Source: Vicugna vicugna
Taxonomy: Eukaryota
DNA length: 64,000 bases
Direction: 5' to 3'
Assembly: GCA_013265495.1 (NCBI GenBank)
Contig: MU057640.1
Span: 443,303-507,302, forward strand
The notes below the pieces were generated by a model. It saw only the letters and a list, made by a program, of their open reading frames with translations. It was not told the DNA's origin and ran no database searches. Positions 52,003 through 62,334 of this stretch are shown here, piece by piece (position 1 is the stretch's first letter; every line of letters starts with the position of its first letter). The position numbers and the translations under genes are program-made.

Positions 52003-52416
52003 TGTCTTAGCTGGAGCTGCTCTAATAAAATAACCACAGACTGGGTGGCTTAAACAGCAGACGTTTATTTCTCACAATTCTGGAGGCTGGGAAGTCTGTG
52101 ATCAGGGTGCAAGCATGGTCTAGGCGAGGTCTGGTAAGGGTCCTTCCTCTTCTTGGATTGCAGACAGCTGCCTCCTTGCTATGTCCTCACATGGCACAGA
52201 GAGAGAGAGAGAGAGAGGGGTGGGGGGAGGGAGGGAACTTTCTTGTGCCTTTTCTTATAAGGACACTAATCTCATCATGGGTGCTGTACCTTCATGACCT
52301 AATTACCTCCCAGAGACCCCATTACCAAGTGCCGTCACATTGGGCTGAAGGGAGGGGGTGTTTAGGGCTTCAACATAGGAATTCTGGGGGTGGGGGACAC
52401 AGTTCAGTCCATAGCA
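52003..52416 (-). mobile_element. MaLR solo LTR (MLT1A/A0-like) with 5-bp TSD
   Basis: tgtcttagc...cacagactgggtggcttaaac...ttcagtccatagca. Perfect TSD aacac at 51998-52002 and 52417-52421. Confidence 0.9.
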
Positions 52417-54585
52417 AACACTAAACTTGGTTTTCTTTCAAGGGCAGCTTTGGGAACTGTGTAACTACAAGGAAAATGAAGAGTTTCCCCCTCTTTGCCA
52501 AATATTGCCCCCTGCTTGCAAGTTATTATAAAACATGGCACAAATGGGAGAGGGCTCTCCGCACCACAGTTAGAGTTAGACATGTTTAAATGCAAACAGG
52601 AGGACGTTAGCATATTGGTGGAGATGAGTCTTAAGGTATGTGCACGCGGGCAGTTGTGGCAGTGTGGGTGGACAGCAGGGAAGCCCCATGCCCACCCAGG
52701 AGAGGGGCCGATGAGGGGAAGAAGGGGCCAGAAATTCCGCCACAGACCAGGGCTACTCTATCTCTGCTTATCTCTGTTTATGTGCACAAAAAGCAGTGAT
52801 CGGCCAAGGTCCTGTTTTTACAGCCAGAAGGGACCTGTGGCCACGTGGTGGGAAAGGAGAGAAGGGGACAGCTCCCCGAGACATGAAAGAATTCAGTGCC
52901 AGCTGGGATAAAGGGAGGGGAAGGATCAAGGACAGCGTGCTAGGGAGATGCAGAGTGGTGTTCCCTCAGGTCCTCTCCCCCACCCCTGGAAGCCCGGAGA
53001 CTCCAGGGAGAAGCAGGCTCTGGTGGGATATGAGGACTTGGCTCTTGGACACGTTTGATATAGGGCAGGACACCTGTCCCCAGGTGAGAACACAGGACCA
53101 GAGGGACAGTGAAGAGGGAGGTGGAGCCCAGGTGTCTGGGCGGGAGGGTTGGAGCAGGACAGTGGAGATGGGATCTAAGCAAACAGGCGAGGTCTTGGGA
53201 GAGGGGTATGGAAGCGTGAGGAAGAGGAGCAGAGGGTCTCAGAGGAGTGTGATGGGCTCTGAAAATCCCTTTTGAAGGAGTGTTACTCTTCCCACTCTGA
53301 ATCCTCTTTGGTGCCTGGAATCCACTTCTCCACGGATGCGCTCAAGCTGGGGCACTGGCAGGCTCTCAGAGCCGGGATGGCGCTCTCACCCCAGGCTGGA
53401 TAGCCAGGGATCCCACAGAGCCCCTCACGAAGCCCCCAGAAGGCCCCCAGAAGCCGGCAGCCTGCACTGCTCCAAGCAGCAGGCTGCGGGGGACTCCTGC
53501 TCTGGTGGAGCGCCCAGCAGTTTGTTCCCCCACCTTTCCGGCTCCTGATTGCAGCCTTGAGTAGCCTGAAGTCAGTTGTTGATGAGAACATCATTCTACT
53601 CCGCCTCTTGCCAGCTTCTTCGAGCCCAAGCCATCTATCATCCTGTGGAAAATCCAGCCTCCTTGGTTTGGTGCAGACAGGTGAAGGCTGAGACTGGGCC
53701 GTGCCTGACCCAGCCTGGGGCGCCCTGGTCACCCCTGCACGAAATGAGTCATTTTGGCTGCCAGCCTTTCCCTGCTCCCTCTGCCCCTTGCAACTTTACT
53801 GCAAATGTCACCCCTGGGATCCTATCATTGTGGGATTTTTTTTTTTTAAGAAATACCATATTGAAAAGGACATTTGTCCCCTCTGCTGTTTAAATTGCTT
53901 TCCACGGGTTAGGGAGTCCTGGGCATTGATTTTCTTCTCGAGAACAGAGCAAGCCCTGTGAAGATTTTGGCTAATTAACTTTTGCAGAAGTGCTGCTTGA
54001 ATTTATCAAAGAGGGTGAAGTCTCTTTTCTCCTCCCATATCTTGAAAAGGGCTTTAAACTTTTGTTTCCGAATCCCTGCCAACACCTAGTCTGTTTAAAA
54101 GTGACTTCCCTGGAGACATGGCAGAGGGTGATGGCTGTCACATTTTTGTAGCTTCACTCTTTAATACGGTTGTTCCAGTCCTCAGAAAATCTCTTGTGTT
54201 TACATAAAAGAGGTATCATTCACACAAAGATTACATTTAAAAATACACATTTCCACCCAGCATGCCTGTTACTAATAACATTGCATGTTATGAAAGTGGA
54301 AAGTATTTAAGATGAAATTAATTTTCACCCAGCGAGCCACTTTGTTTGACTTTTTCGTTCCATTCGGTGTGGGGCATGGACTTGGCCATACTCACTTCTC
54401 GTTTTCAGCAAGTTCATTTTCTTATTTCTCTCTTTGGGACTGAAGCTGTTGGAAGTGAGTTCCAGGCATGTCGGGAAAGGTCTCATTTGAGACCCTACTG
54501 TAGATTTCTTTTGTATTGACTTGCAGAAGGTTGTTTTGAAAATGAAAACCCTCTTCTCTCCAGTTGATGAATTTTAGTGTACAAT

Positions 54586-54656
54586 TTCCTTCCTTCCTTC
54601 CTTCCTTCCTTCCTTCCTTCCTTCCTTCCTTCCTTCCTTCCTTCCTTCCTTCCTTC
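54586..54656. repeat. (TTCC)n/(GGAA)n microsatellite, about 17 perfect units, followed by a CT-rich tract
   Basis: Seen directly. Confidence 0.95.
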
Positions 54657-55387
54657 TTCTCTCTTTCTCTCTCTTTCTTTCTTTCAATGGGTTCTCTTTC
54701 AGCAGAATTTCTTGAGTCAGAATAGTTATCTTTTTTTTTTTTTTTGTCAGTCTGTCGAAAGATGGTGGGAAACCAGATGAAGGTTTCTCACATTGGACAG
54801 TTCTCTGTCCTGTGTTCTTGTCAGTGTTCATTCATGTGGTGTGGCTGGACCCTGTTTTGTGGAGGGGAGCTGGAGCTTCTAGGACACCCTGGACGGCTGT
54901 GTGTCATCTTGCCTGGACAGTTCTGTTACAACGAGCTGCCTTGCCTTAGCAGAAGGAGGCATTTAAGCTGGTGGGACACAGATGCGAGTGCTTTGTAGGA
55001 AATGGTTCTTTATTTTTGATCAATCTCATGATCCTTGTTACTGACTTTGATTACATCAGCTTATGCGCCGTTCCGTTTTATAGCATTTTGATGGGCTTTC
55101 ATCCCCCCTCCCCCATTCATTTCCAGCTGTGTGACTATTATAATTTGATTACCATTAGGTTTTGCAACTGCTAGACATTTTCTGAGCTGTTATGCCTTCC
55201 TTGTGAGAGGGAAGATGTCCAGAGGTAAAAAAGGAGCAAAGTGCTTTTTTCTAGGAGGCATGTCTACAAGGAGTTTCCAAAAGACACCTCAGACGCTTTA
55301 ATGATTGTTTTGTCCCAGAGTAAGAAATTTGCTTTAAATTCTTTCGTAGGATTTGACCCACTGACTTTTAAAAAAGAATATAGAAGA

Positions 55388-55684
55388 TAAATACTGTATG
55401 GTATCACTTATATATGGAATCTAAAAAGTACAACAAACTAGTGAATATAACGAAAAAGGAGCAGACACAGATACAGAGAACAAACTAGTGGTTACCACTG
55501 GGGAGAGGGACGGAGGGAGGGGCAATATAGGGGTAGGGGATTACAGTTACAAGAATATACAGGGAATATAACCAGTATTTTATAATAACTATAAATAGAG
55601 TATGAATTTTAGAAACTCTGAATCACTGTACTGTACACCTGTTACTTAGAAAACATTGTACAACTATACTTCAATAAAAATTTT
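55388..55684 (+). mobile_element. L1 3' end (artiodactyl/L1MA-like) with 17-bp TSD
   Basis: aaatactgtatggtatcacttatatatggaatctaaaa...agagaacaaactagtggttacc...actatacttcAATAAA. TSD aaaaagaat(at/ac)agaaga at 55371-55387 and 55685-55701. Confidence 0.85.
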
Positions 55685-55746
55685 AAAAAGAATACAGAAG
55701 AATCCATTAAAAATTTCTTTCTTTAAATATTTTGGTTAAGAAATAT

Positions 55747-55885
55747 ATTATTTTATTTATTTTTTATTTTTGGGGGGTGAGGTAATTTATTTATTTATTC
55801 TTTTTGGTGGAGATATGGGATATTGAACCCAGGACCTTGTGCACCCTAAGCATGTACTCTACCACTGAGCTAGACTACTGTCCCC
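55747..55885 (-). mobile_element. Camelid tRNA-derived SINE (diverged)
   Basis: ttgaacccaggaccttgtgcaccctaagcatgtactctaccactgagcta preceded by a ggggtgaggtaattttattt tail. Confidence 0.85.
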
Positions 55886-56634
55886 TATTTTAAACTTAGC
55901 CCCCAACCCTGCCCCTCCTCCCATTTTGGCTTCCTCGAATCTACGGAGACCAAAACAGAGGGACATTCATACTGTCCCTTCAGAATGAGCTACTTGATTC
56001 TCCTTTTTGGCTCTGCAGTCCTTGTGGCTCCTCCCTTTCCTGCCTTTTCCACCCCCCTCCATGGAGAAGCTCAAGTTTACCTGGCAGGCATTATGTTACT
56101 ACATTTGTATTTCTTTGGGCCACTTATTAATCTCTGTCAAGTGCCTATCTTTTTGTTTTTAGGTATTTGACCTCATTGATAATGTTCGTGTTTTACATTT
56201 GATCAGTTATATTAATGTTGTGTTTTTGGTCTTTGAAAAGGACATGATCCTAAAAAGAGTAGCATCACCACGTGTCCCAAGGATGCCAAAGACTCAGGAA
56301 CATAAAATATACCATGCTGAATCAGATCACCACTCCAGCAAACTGGAAAGGTCTTTCTATTTGTTTTAAACTCTGGGGATTGAATTATTTCGAGTTCAAC
56401 ATTCAACTATTATTATTTTAAATGCTTCTTTCATTCGTCTTTCCACCAGAAAGTTATTTTTCTTTAAGTGTGTGATTTTAAAAGATTGGTGACTGCCCTT
56501 CTTTACCTCCTTCCCCCTATAATAGTTCTGCTTTCACAGGATATTTCCTCTGACCTTCTGTTCTTTTATATGGAGTGTATTGTAATGGAAATCGTTGTGT
56601 CTGTGTTGGTAGTTTGAGTGCCTTTGCTGGTTAC

Positions 56635-57195
56635 TGAGATAGGAAGGAAGGGAGCAGGGCATAACCGTTTAAAGAGTGACACAGCCATTGAGAAAAACAG
56701 GATAGGACATAACCTAGTTAGAACCAACTAGGCCCAAGATGGCAGAAGACTTGACTTCCAGCAGACCTGGAGCCTCACTATATGCTCATTGTAATATATT
56801 GGCATGCTAAGTGACATACCCACAGGTGCCATGGCAGTTCTGAGGCTGGCCGTAAAAGGCCAGTAAGTGGGCAGTGACCTAATTCCTGGAAATCCCCTCC
56901 CCTTCCCCAAAATAGTTGGAATAATCCTCTCATTTGTTAGCATATGAAATTACCCAGCCCATAAAAACTAACCACCCCTGCACCCCAGGGCCGCCTCTCT
57001 TGCCTTCTGAGATAGCCAGCAGTCTGTCTATAGAGTGTGCATCTCTCTAAATAAACTTGCTTTTACTTTACTATGGCTCGCTCTTGAATTCTCTCCCGCA
57101 TGAAGTCAAGGACCCCCAGTAGGCGGGGTGCATCTCAGGAACTCGCCTGAAACCTGGGATATGGCCATCCTCTTGCATCCCATTTTCCTGCAACA
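56635..57195 (+). mobile_element. MER41-like ERV1 solo LTR with 4-bp TSD
   Basis: tgagat...caaca ends; TSD ttac at 56631-56634 and 57196-57199. Collinear with recalled MER41 motifs (ccaagatggc, gcatgctaa, gccatggcag, gaataatcc...ttagcatat, aataaacttgctttt). Confidence 0.87.
56883..56891. promoter_or_regulatory. STAT GAS motif TTCCTGGAA inside the MER41-like LTR
   Basis: Exact TTCN3GAA match at the position corresponding to the MER41 GAS site. Function untested. Confidence 0.45.
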
Positions 57196-57584
57196 TTACC
57201 ACTGGGGAAAAAAGTGACCAGTGGTGGGGGGTGGCCTAGTAGATCCTATGCAGAAGGGTGTTCCAGAGCTGCCTCCATTCTGGAGTAGGACTTAATGCTT
57301 CTTAGAACAGGGACTTGTCACTTTTACTGGTGGTTTGTTTTTGGGGTCCTCGTTTCTTGGTTAAAGAGTTTTTCTAAGTTCACTGGTGGATTTGGCATAG
57401 GAAATAAAACCTGCTGGGGACATGACACTGAATTGGATTCTGCTCCTTGACAAGGTTCTTGGTACACATTGCCTTGGTCATTAGAACTGCAAAATCTTCC
57501 CAGGAAGGTGAATGGGTGACATCAGTTTCTCTCTGGGTGTATTTTGGTTTTCCCTGGCCTTATTCCTCCTCTGTCTCCCCACAG

Positions 57585-57745
57585 GCTCGGGGACCAGTTC
57601 TACAAGGAAGCCATTGAGCACTGTCGGAGTTACAACTCACGCCTGTGTGCAGAGCGCAGTGTGCGACTCCCGTTCCTAGACTCGCAGACTGGGGTAGCAC
57701 AGAACAATTGCTACATCTGGATGGAGAAGAGGCACCGAGGCCCAG
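57585..57745 (+). CDS. DPF3: DPF3 (BAF45c) coding exon 2, Requiem/DPF N-terminal domain
   Basis: Translates as (A)[53 protein letters not shown](G). [17 protein letters not shown] distinguishes DPF3 from DPF1 ([17 protein letters not shown]) and DPF2 (GEQYYKDAMEQCHNYNA), paralog sequences from recall. Acceptor is a polypyrimidine tract + cag ending at 57584; donor is CCAG|gtgagc at 57746. Length 161 bp, phase 2 start, phase 1 end. Confidence 0.97.
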
Positions 57746-58029
57746 GTGAGCCATGCCACCCCTGGGGCGTGCGCATCTGCGGGCTCCCAGCCTGGTTACA
57801 GGTGGACCAGAGATTGTCCGGGATTCCCAGCAGCTGGGGTAGGGGAGGGGCAAGCTGTTCAGGGAACCAGGGATACTTTAAAGAAACTCAACTACTTCTG
57901 TAACTCTTGGCTCCAAGGATGGTGTGGGACATTGAAACCACATTGGCGGCGAGGGTGGAGTGAAAGAACTCGGGATATTTAACTCCTAAAAGGGAAGACT
58001 GAGGACTGACACCTTTTACTCTGTGTTGG

Positions 58030-58250
58030 TGTAGCTTAGTGGTTACAAGCTGAAAACCCGTGGTCAGATTTTGGTTTGAGGCTGAGCTTTGCTGTGAAAC
58101 CTATTCCCCTCAGGTTCCTCATTTGTAAAATGGGGATACTAATAGTGCCTACTGAAGGATTTTGTCCGGATGAAATGAAAATATTCATAAAAAGCGCATA
58201 ACCTGTGTTTAGCACATAGTAAGCATGTGCTCTAAAAATGTTGGCTGTTA
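58030..58250 (+). mobile_element. MIR SINE
   Basis: gtgtagcttagtggtta...cctcaggttcctcatttgtaaaatggggatactaatagtgcctac. Confidence 0.72.
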
Positions 58251-58384
58251 GTGTTAATGTTGTTGTTATTATTACTATTACTGTGACACTAGTCTCTAGG
58301 CTCCAGAGAACAGAATAAAGACCAACGGGTGGAGATCAGGGAGCAGTTAGAAGAATGCAGTTTTCTGGCTCTATATGGGTATAT

Positions 58385-60130
58385 TTTAAAAACTTTTCAT
58401 TATGGAAAAATGTCAAACCCATACAAAAGTGGAGAGAGCAGTAAAATGAATTTCTGTGTATTTATCACCCAGCTGCAACAGTAATCAACTCATGGCCAAT
58501 CTTGTTTCATTTATACTCACCCCCCACTTTCTTCCTTGAACCCGAGTTATTTTGAAGTATATCAACACAGCATATTATTTCATCTGTAAATTTTTCACTA
58601 TGTATCTCTATAAATGGTAAGAAGATAACACAGCAACCCACGATAGCTATCAAAGCTCAAAGTTAACAATAAGACTTTAATAACATCAAATATTTGTTCA
58701 ACGTTTATTTCCCATGTAGTTGAAATCAGGATCCATGTAGGACTCCCACATTGCAGTGGCTGATGTGTCTCTTCAGTCTTTTTAAATCTGTAGCTCTCTC
58801 TCTCTCTCTCTCGTGGTATTTGTGGAAGAAACTGGGTTGTTCGCACTGTAGGGTTTCCCAGAGTCTGGATTTTCTGATTGCACCCCCATGGTGTTATTCC
58901 TCTGAATTGGTAAGAACAGCCTCAGGTTCAATTCTGGGGGCAAGAACAGTTCCTAGGTGGAGATGTGTATTTTCATCAGGAGGCTTGTGGGGTCTGGATA
59001 TCTCTCTCTCTTACCAACATTAGCAGCCCTGGATCATGATTGCCTAGGTCCTTTATTCTATTAAGGGTTGCAAAATGGTGACATTCAATTTGAGGCTGTC
59101 ATTACTTTTTTTATTTATTAGCTCTACAACGTTTATAAAGAGAAACATCTCCTCATTCAAATTTTGGTTATTGTGATGTATAGTTCACATATGGAAGGAG
59201 GGATAAATGATGTTTCCCTTTTATTTACCAGTTTTCAAAATAATGAGTTGGTCCCCTAATATTCTCCAAAGGCAATCAGTAAAGTTATTATTATGATTTT
59301 GAGTACCATCATGAATTCACAGATTTAAACATACTGGATACATTTCAGTTCGTTGTAGCTTTTACTCTTATTGATGCTTCAATGGTCCCATCTTTGGCCA
59401 GTGAGGGCTTTTGTCCATTGCTGGTGTTTCGAAACAACCTAGTAGTTTCGGATCGCTTCCTTGCTATCCTAATATTGGGACAAGATGTTGAGGCTCATCT
59501 TGTACACATCCTGCCCCAGACCTGAAATCAGCTATTTCTCTAAGGAACTCTGTTTCCTCTTTGTAGGAATGCTATTTCGAGACCACAGTCTGGTGGTGCT
59601 CATTGCCCCTGGGTTGGTCTGTTGTTTCTAGGACCTTTCAGTGAGCAGAACTAAAGAAACATAATTTGTTTTTTTTTCTTTTTAAGAGAAAATACATAAT
59701 GAAATTTACTGATATTGTCCATTCAATTCAGTTTTACATGGTTTTTACCTAGCTACCTTAATTTTCTCTTTTTTCCCACATCAAAAAATTCCTGGCTATT
59801 AATGATGCCAGCATAATTACTTATTTGCTTTATTCCATGATATATGCACAGTAAGATCAGCATAAAGTGAGACTACAAACAATACGTTTACTGAAGTGAT
59901 TTAAGGTTTTTTTTCCTCTTATTTTTGTGATTTTTTTTTCATCCTTAGCATTTTTCCCATGAAGCTTGTAGAGTCAAATTACTGGGTTTTAAGGTCACTT
60001 GGAATAGTTCTTCTGTGTGGTTGTGCCACTAACAATACGTAGCTGGATTAATTCATGTGATTTTGCTTTCACTTATTAAGGAAAGTGCTACTTAAAAATT
60101 TTATTGCTACTTAAAAATTTTTTTATATAG
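58385..60130 (-). mobile_element. Old L1 (L1MC-like) long 3' UTR fragment
   Basis: ttcattatggaaaaatgtcaaacccatacaaaagtggagag...caagatgttgaggctcatcttgtacac...ctgccccagacctgaaatcagc. Confidence 0.7.
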
Positions 60131-60144
60131 TTACTTTGTCTTTT

Positions 60145-60430
60145 TAAATTAACTTTTTATTTTGAAATAATTATAGATTCACAAGAAGTTGTAAACATAG
60201 TACAGAGAGATTACCTATACCCTTCACCCAGGTTCCCACAGATATAACTTGTGTAACTATAGTACAGTGTCAAAACCGGAAAATGGACATTAGTGAAATG
60301 TGTGTGCGTAGTCCTGTGCCATTTTATCACATGTCTAGATTTGTGTAACCACTACCACAGTCAAGATATAAAACTATTCCATCACCGCAAAGATCTCCCT
60401 CATCCTACCTCTTTATAGTCACACCCACCT
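60145..60430 (-). mobile_element. L1 3' end fragment (L1MB/MC-like)
   Basis: ttttattttgaaataattatagattcacaagaagttg...acccttcacccag...gtgtaaccactaccacagtcaagata. Confidence 0.75.
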
Positions 60431-60479
60431 CTTCCTCTCTTCATTTTCTTTCTTCCTCTCTTCACTTAACTCTCTTTAT

Positions 60480-62320
60480 CATCTCCCCTTTATAATATAT
60501 CTTAAACATTTCCTCTATGTACGTTGAAAACAGTATCAGACAGACTGATAATTTTTTGCTTCAACTGCCAAATGTAATTTTAAAAACTTAAGAGAAGTGC
60601 CTTTACTCAAGTTGTATTTACTCAATTGTTTAGTCTTTTCTTGTTCTTTCTTCCTTCCTGATGTTTCAAGATGCCTGCTTTTGTAGTTCCTTTCTGATTG
60701 AGTACTCTCTTTAGCTGCTCATTTAAAGTAGGTCTTGTGGTAACAACTCTTAGTTTACCCTCTTCTGAAAAATGTCTTGATTTGCCCCTCATTCCTGAAG
60801 GATATTTTTTGTTGGGTATAAAATTCTGGATTGACAGTCATTTTATTTTAGCACTTGAAAAATGTCTTGCCACATCCTTTTGGACTCTGTGGTTTGTGAT
60901 GAGAAATCTGCTGTCATTCAAATGTTTTCTCTTATAAATGAGATATCATGTTTCACTCAATGCTTTGAAGATTTTTTTTTAGTGTTCAGAAACTTGAATT
61001 TGATATATCTTGGTGTAGATTTCTTTGGGTTTATCCTTTCCAGAATTCACTTAGCTTCTTGAATCTGTAGGTTTATGTGTTTTTTTTTGCCAAATTTGGA
61101 AAAATTTCCACCATTATATCTTTGAATATATTTTCAGCTTCACTCTCTTTCCCTCCTCCTTCTGAGACTCCACTGGGAAAGAAAATTCTGAGACTCCAAA
61201 ATATTATAGTCCCACAGTCCCCCAGGCTCTGTTCTTCTTTTTTTCCTCTCAGTCTGTTTTCTCTCTGTTGCTCAGATGGGATGATTTCTATTGTGCTCTC
61301 TTCAGGCACACTACTTCTTTCTTCTTTGATCTATCCTCTGCATTCTGCTGTTGAGCCCATCCATGGAGGATTTGTTCTGTTTTTGTTGTTTTTGTTTTTC
61401 AGTTCTAAAATTTCCATTTGTTATTTTTTTATATCTTCTACTTCTTTGTGGGACTTTATAGTTTTACATTTGTTTCAAGTATTCATAATTGTTTGTTTGA
61501 AACATTTTTTTGATGGCTACTTTAAAATCCTCATTGGATAATTCTAACATTTGTGTCATTTCAGTGCTGTTGCTGGAATCCATGGTCTTTTCTCATTCAA
61601 GTTGAGATCTTCCTGGTTCTTCATATAAGTGATTTTGATTGAATCCTGGACATTTTGCCTATAATATTATGAGACTATAGATGTTATTTAAACCTTCTAT
61701 TTTCACAGACCCCTTCTGACACCATGCTGGCAGGGGAAGAGGGGTGCCCCTCATTACTGTAACATGGTGTGGAAGCCCAGGGTCTCCATTCAGCCTCTGT
61801 TAACATGCTGGTAGGGGAAGAGCACCTCATTATTGCTGAGTGGGGATGGAGTTCAGAGTCCCCACTAAACCTTCACCAACACCAACATGGTTGGGAGGAG
61901 GAAGGGTGCCTCAGTACTGTTCCCTGTGTGGCCTTCACTGACACCATGGTATGTCAGCTTGACCTCCTGACACTAACACAGCAAGGAATATTGGGATGCC
62001 CTGCTAGGCTGCCCCTTTCCTGATCCTTTGGACAGAGATAGCATTATTTTGTTGGGGCTTTTTTGGTCTATGTTTGTTGGTGTTTCTGGGTTATCAGCTT
62101 TCCAAAACCCAGTCTGGGATATGTAAACCAAAAAGAATGCCCAGGGAACTCACCACTCTGTTGTTCCTTGGGTGAGAATGTCCCTAGCTGGTCACCCTTG
62201 TTCTCTTTACCCTTTCGTGTCTTACTTTTTGTTGTATAAACAATGTCTAGGAGTTTTATTTGTACTTAGTGGGAGCAATATGGAAGAGTATATCTACCCC
62301 ATCCTTCCAGAAGCAGAAGT
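60480..62320 (-). mobile_element. Old L1 ORF1/5' region fragment
   Basis: The minus ORF 61073-61309 (EESTIEIIPSEQQRENRL...GVSEG...AENIFKDIMVEIFPNLAK) resembles degraded L1 ORF1p. Confidence 0.75.
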
Positions 62321-62334
62321 CTCTGGGTTGCTTT

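Larger units (their letters stand above)
1..57584 (+). other. DPF3: 3' part of the long DPF3 intron upstream of exon 2 (canonical intron 1)
   Basis: I did not find the canonical exon 1 (MATVIHNPLKA) or a CpG-island promoter in the window. The sequence is repeat-rich up to the exon 2 acceptor. Confidence 0.85.

Noticed and set aside
57544..57903. 119-aa ORF from the track as a complete protein
   Set aside because: Only 57585-57745 is DPF3 coding sequence; the flanks are intron read through the splice sites.
61073..61309. ORF with L1 ORF1p similarity as a functional gene
   Set aside because: It is a degraded fragment of an old L1 with no intact ORF1.
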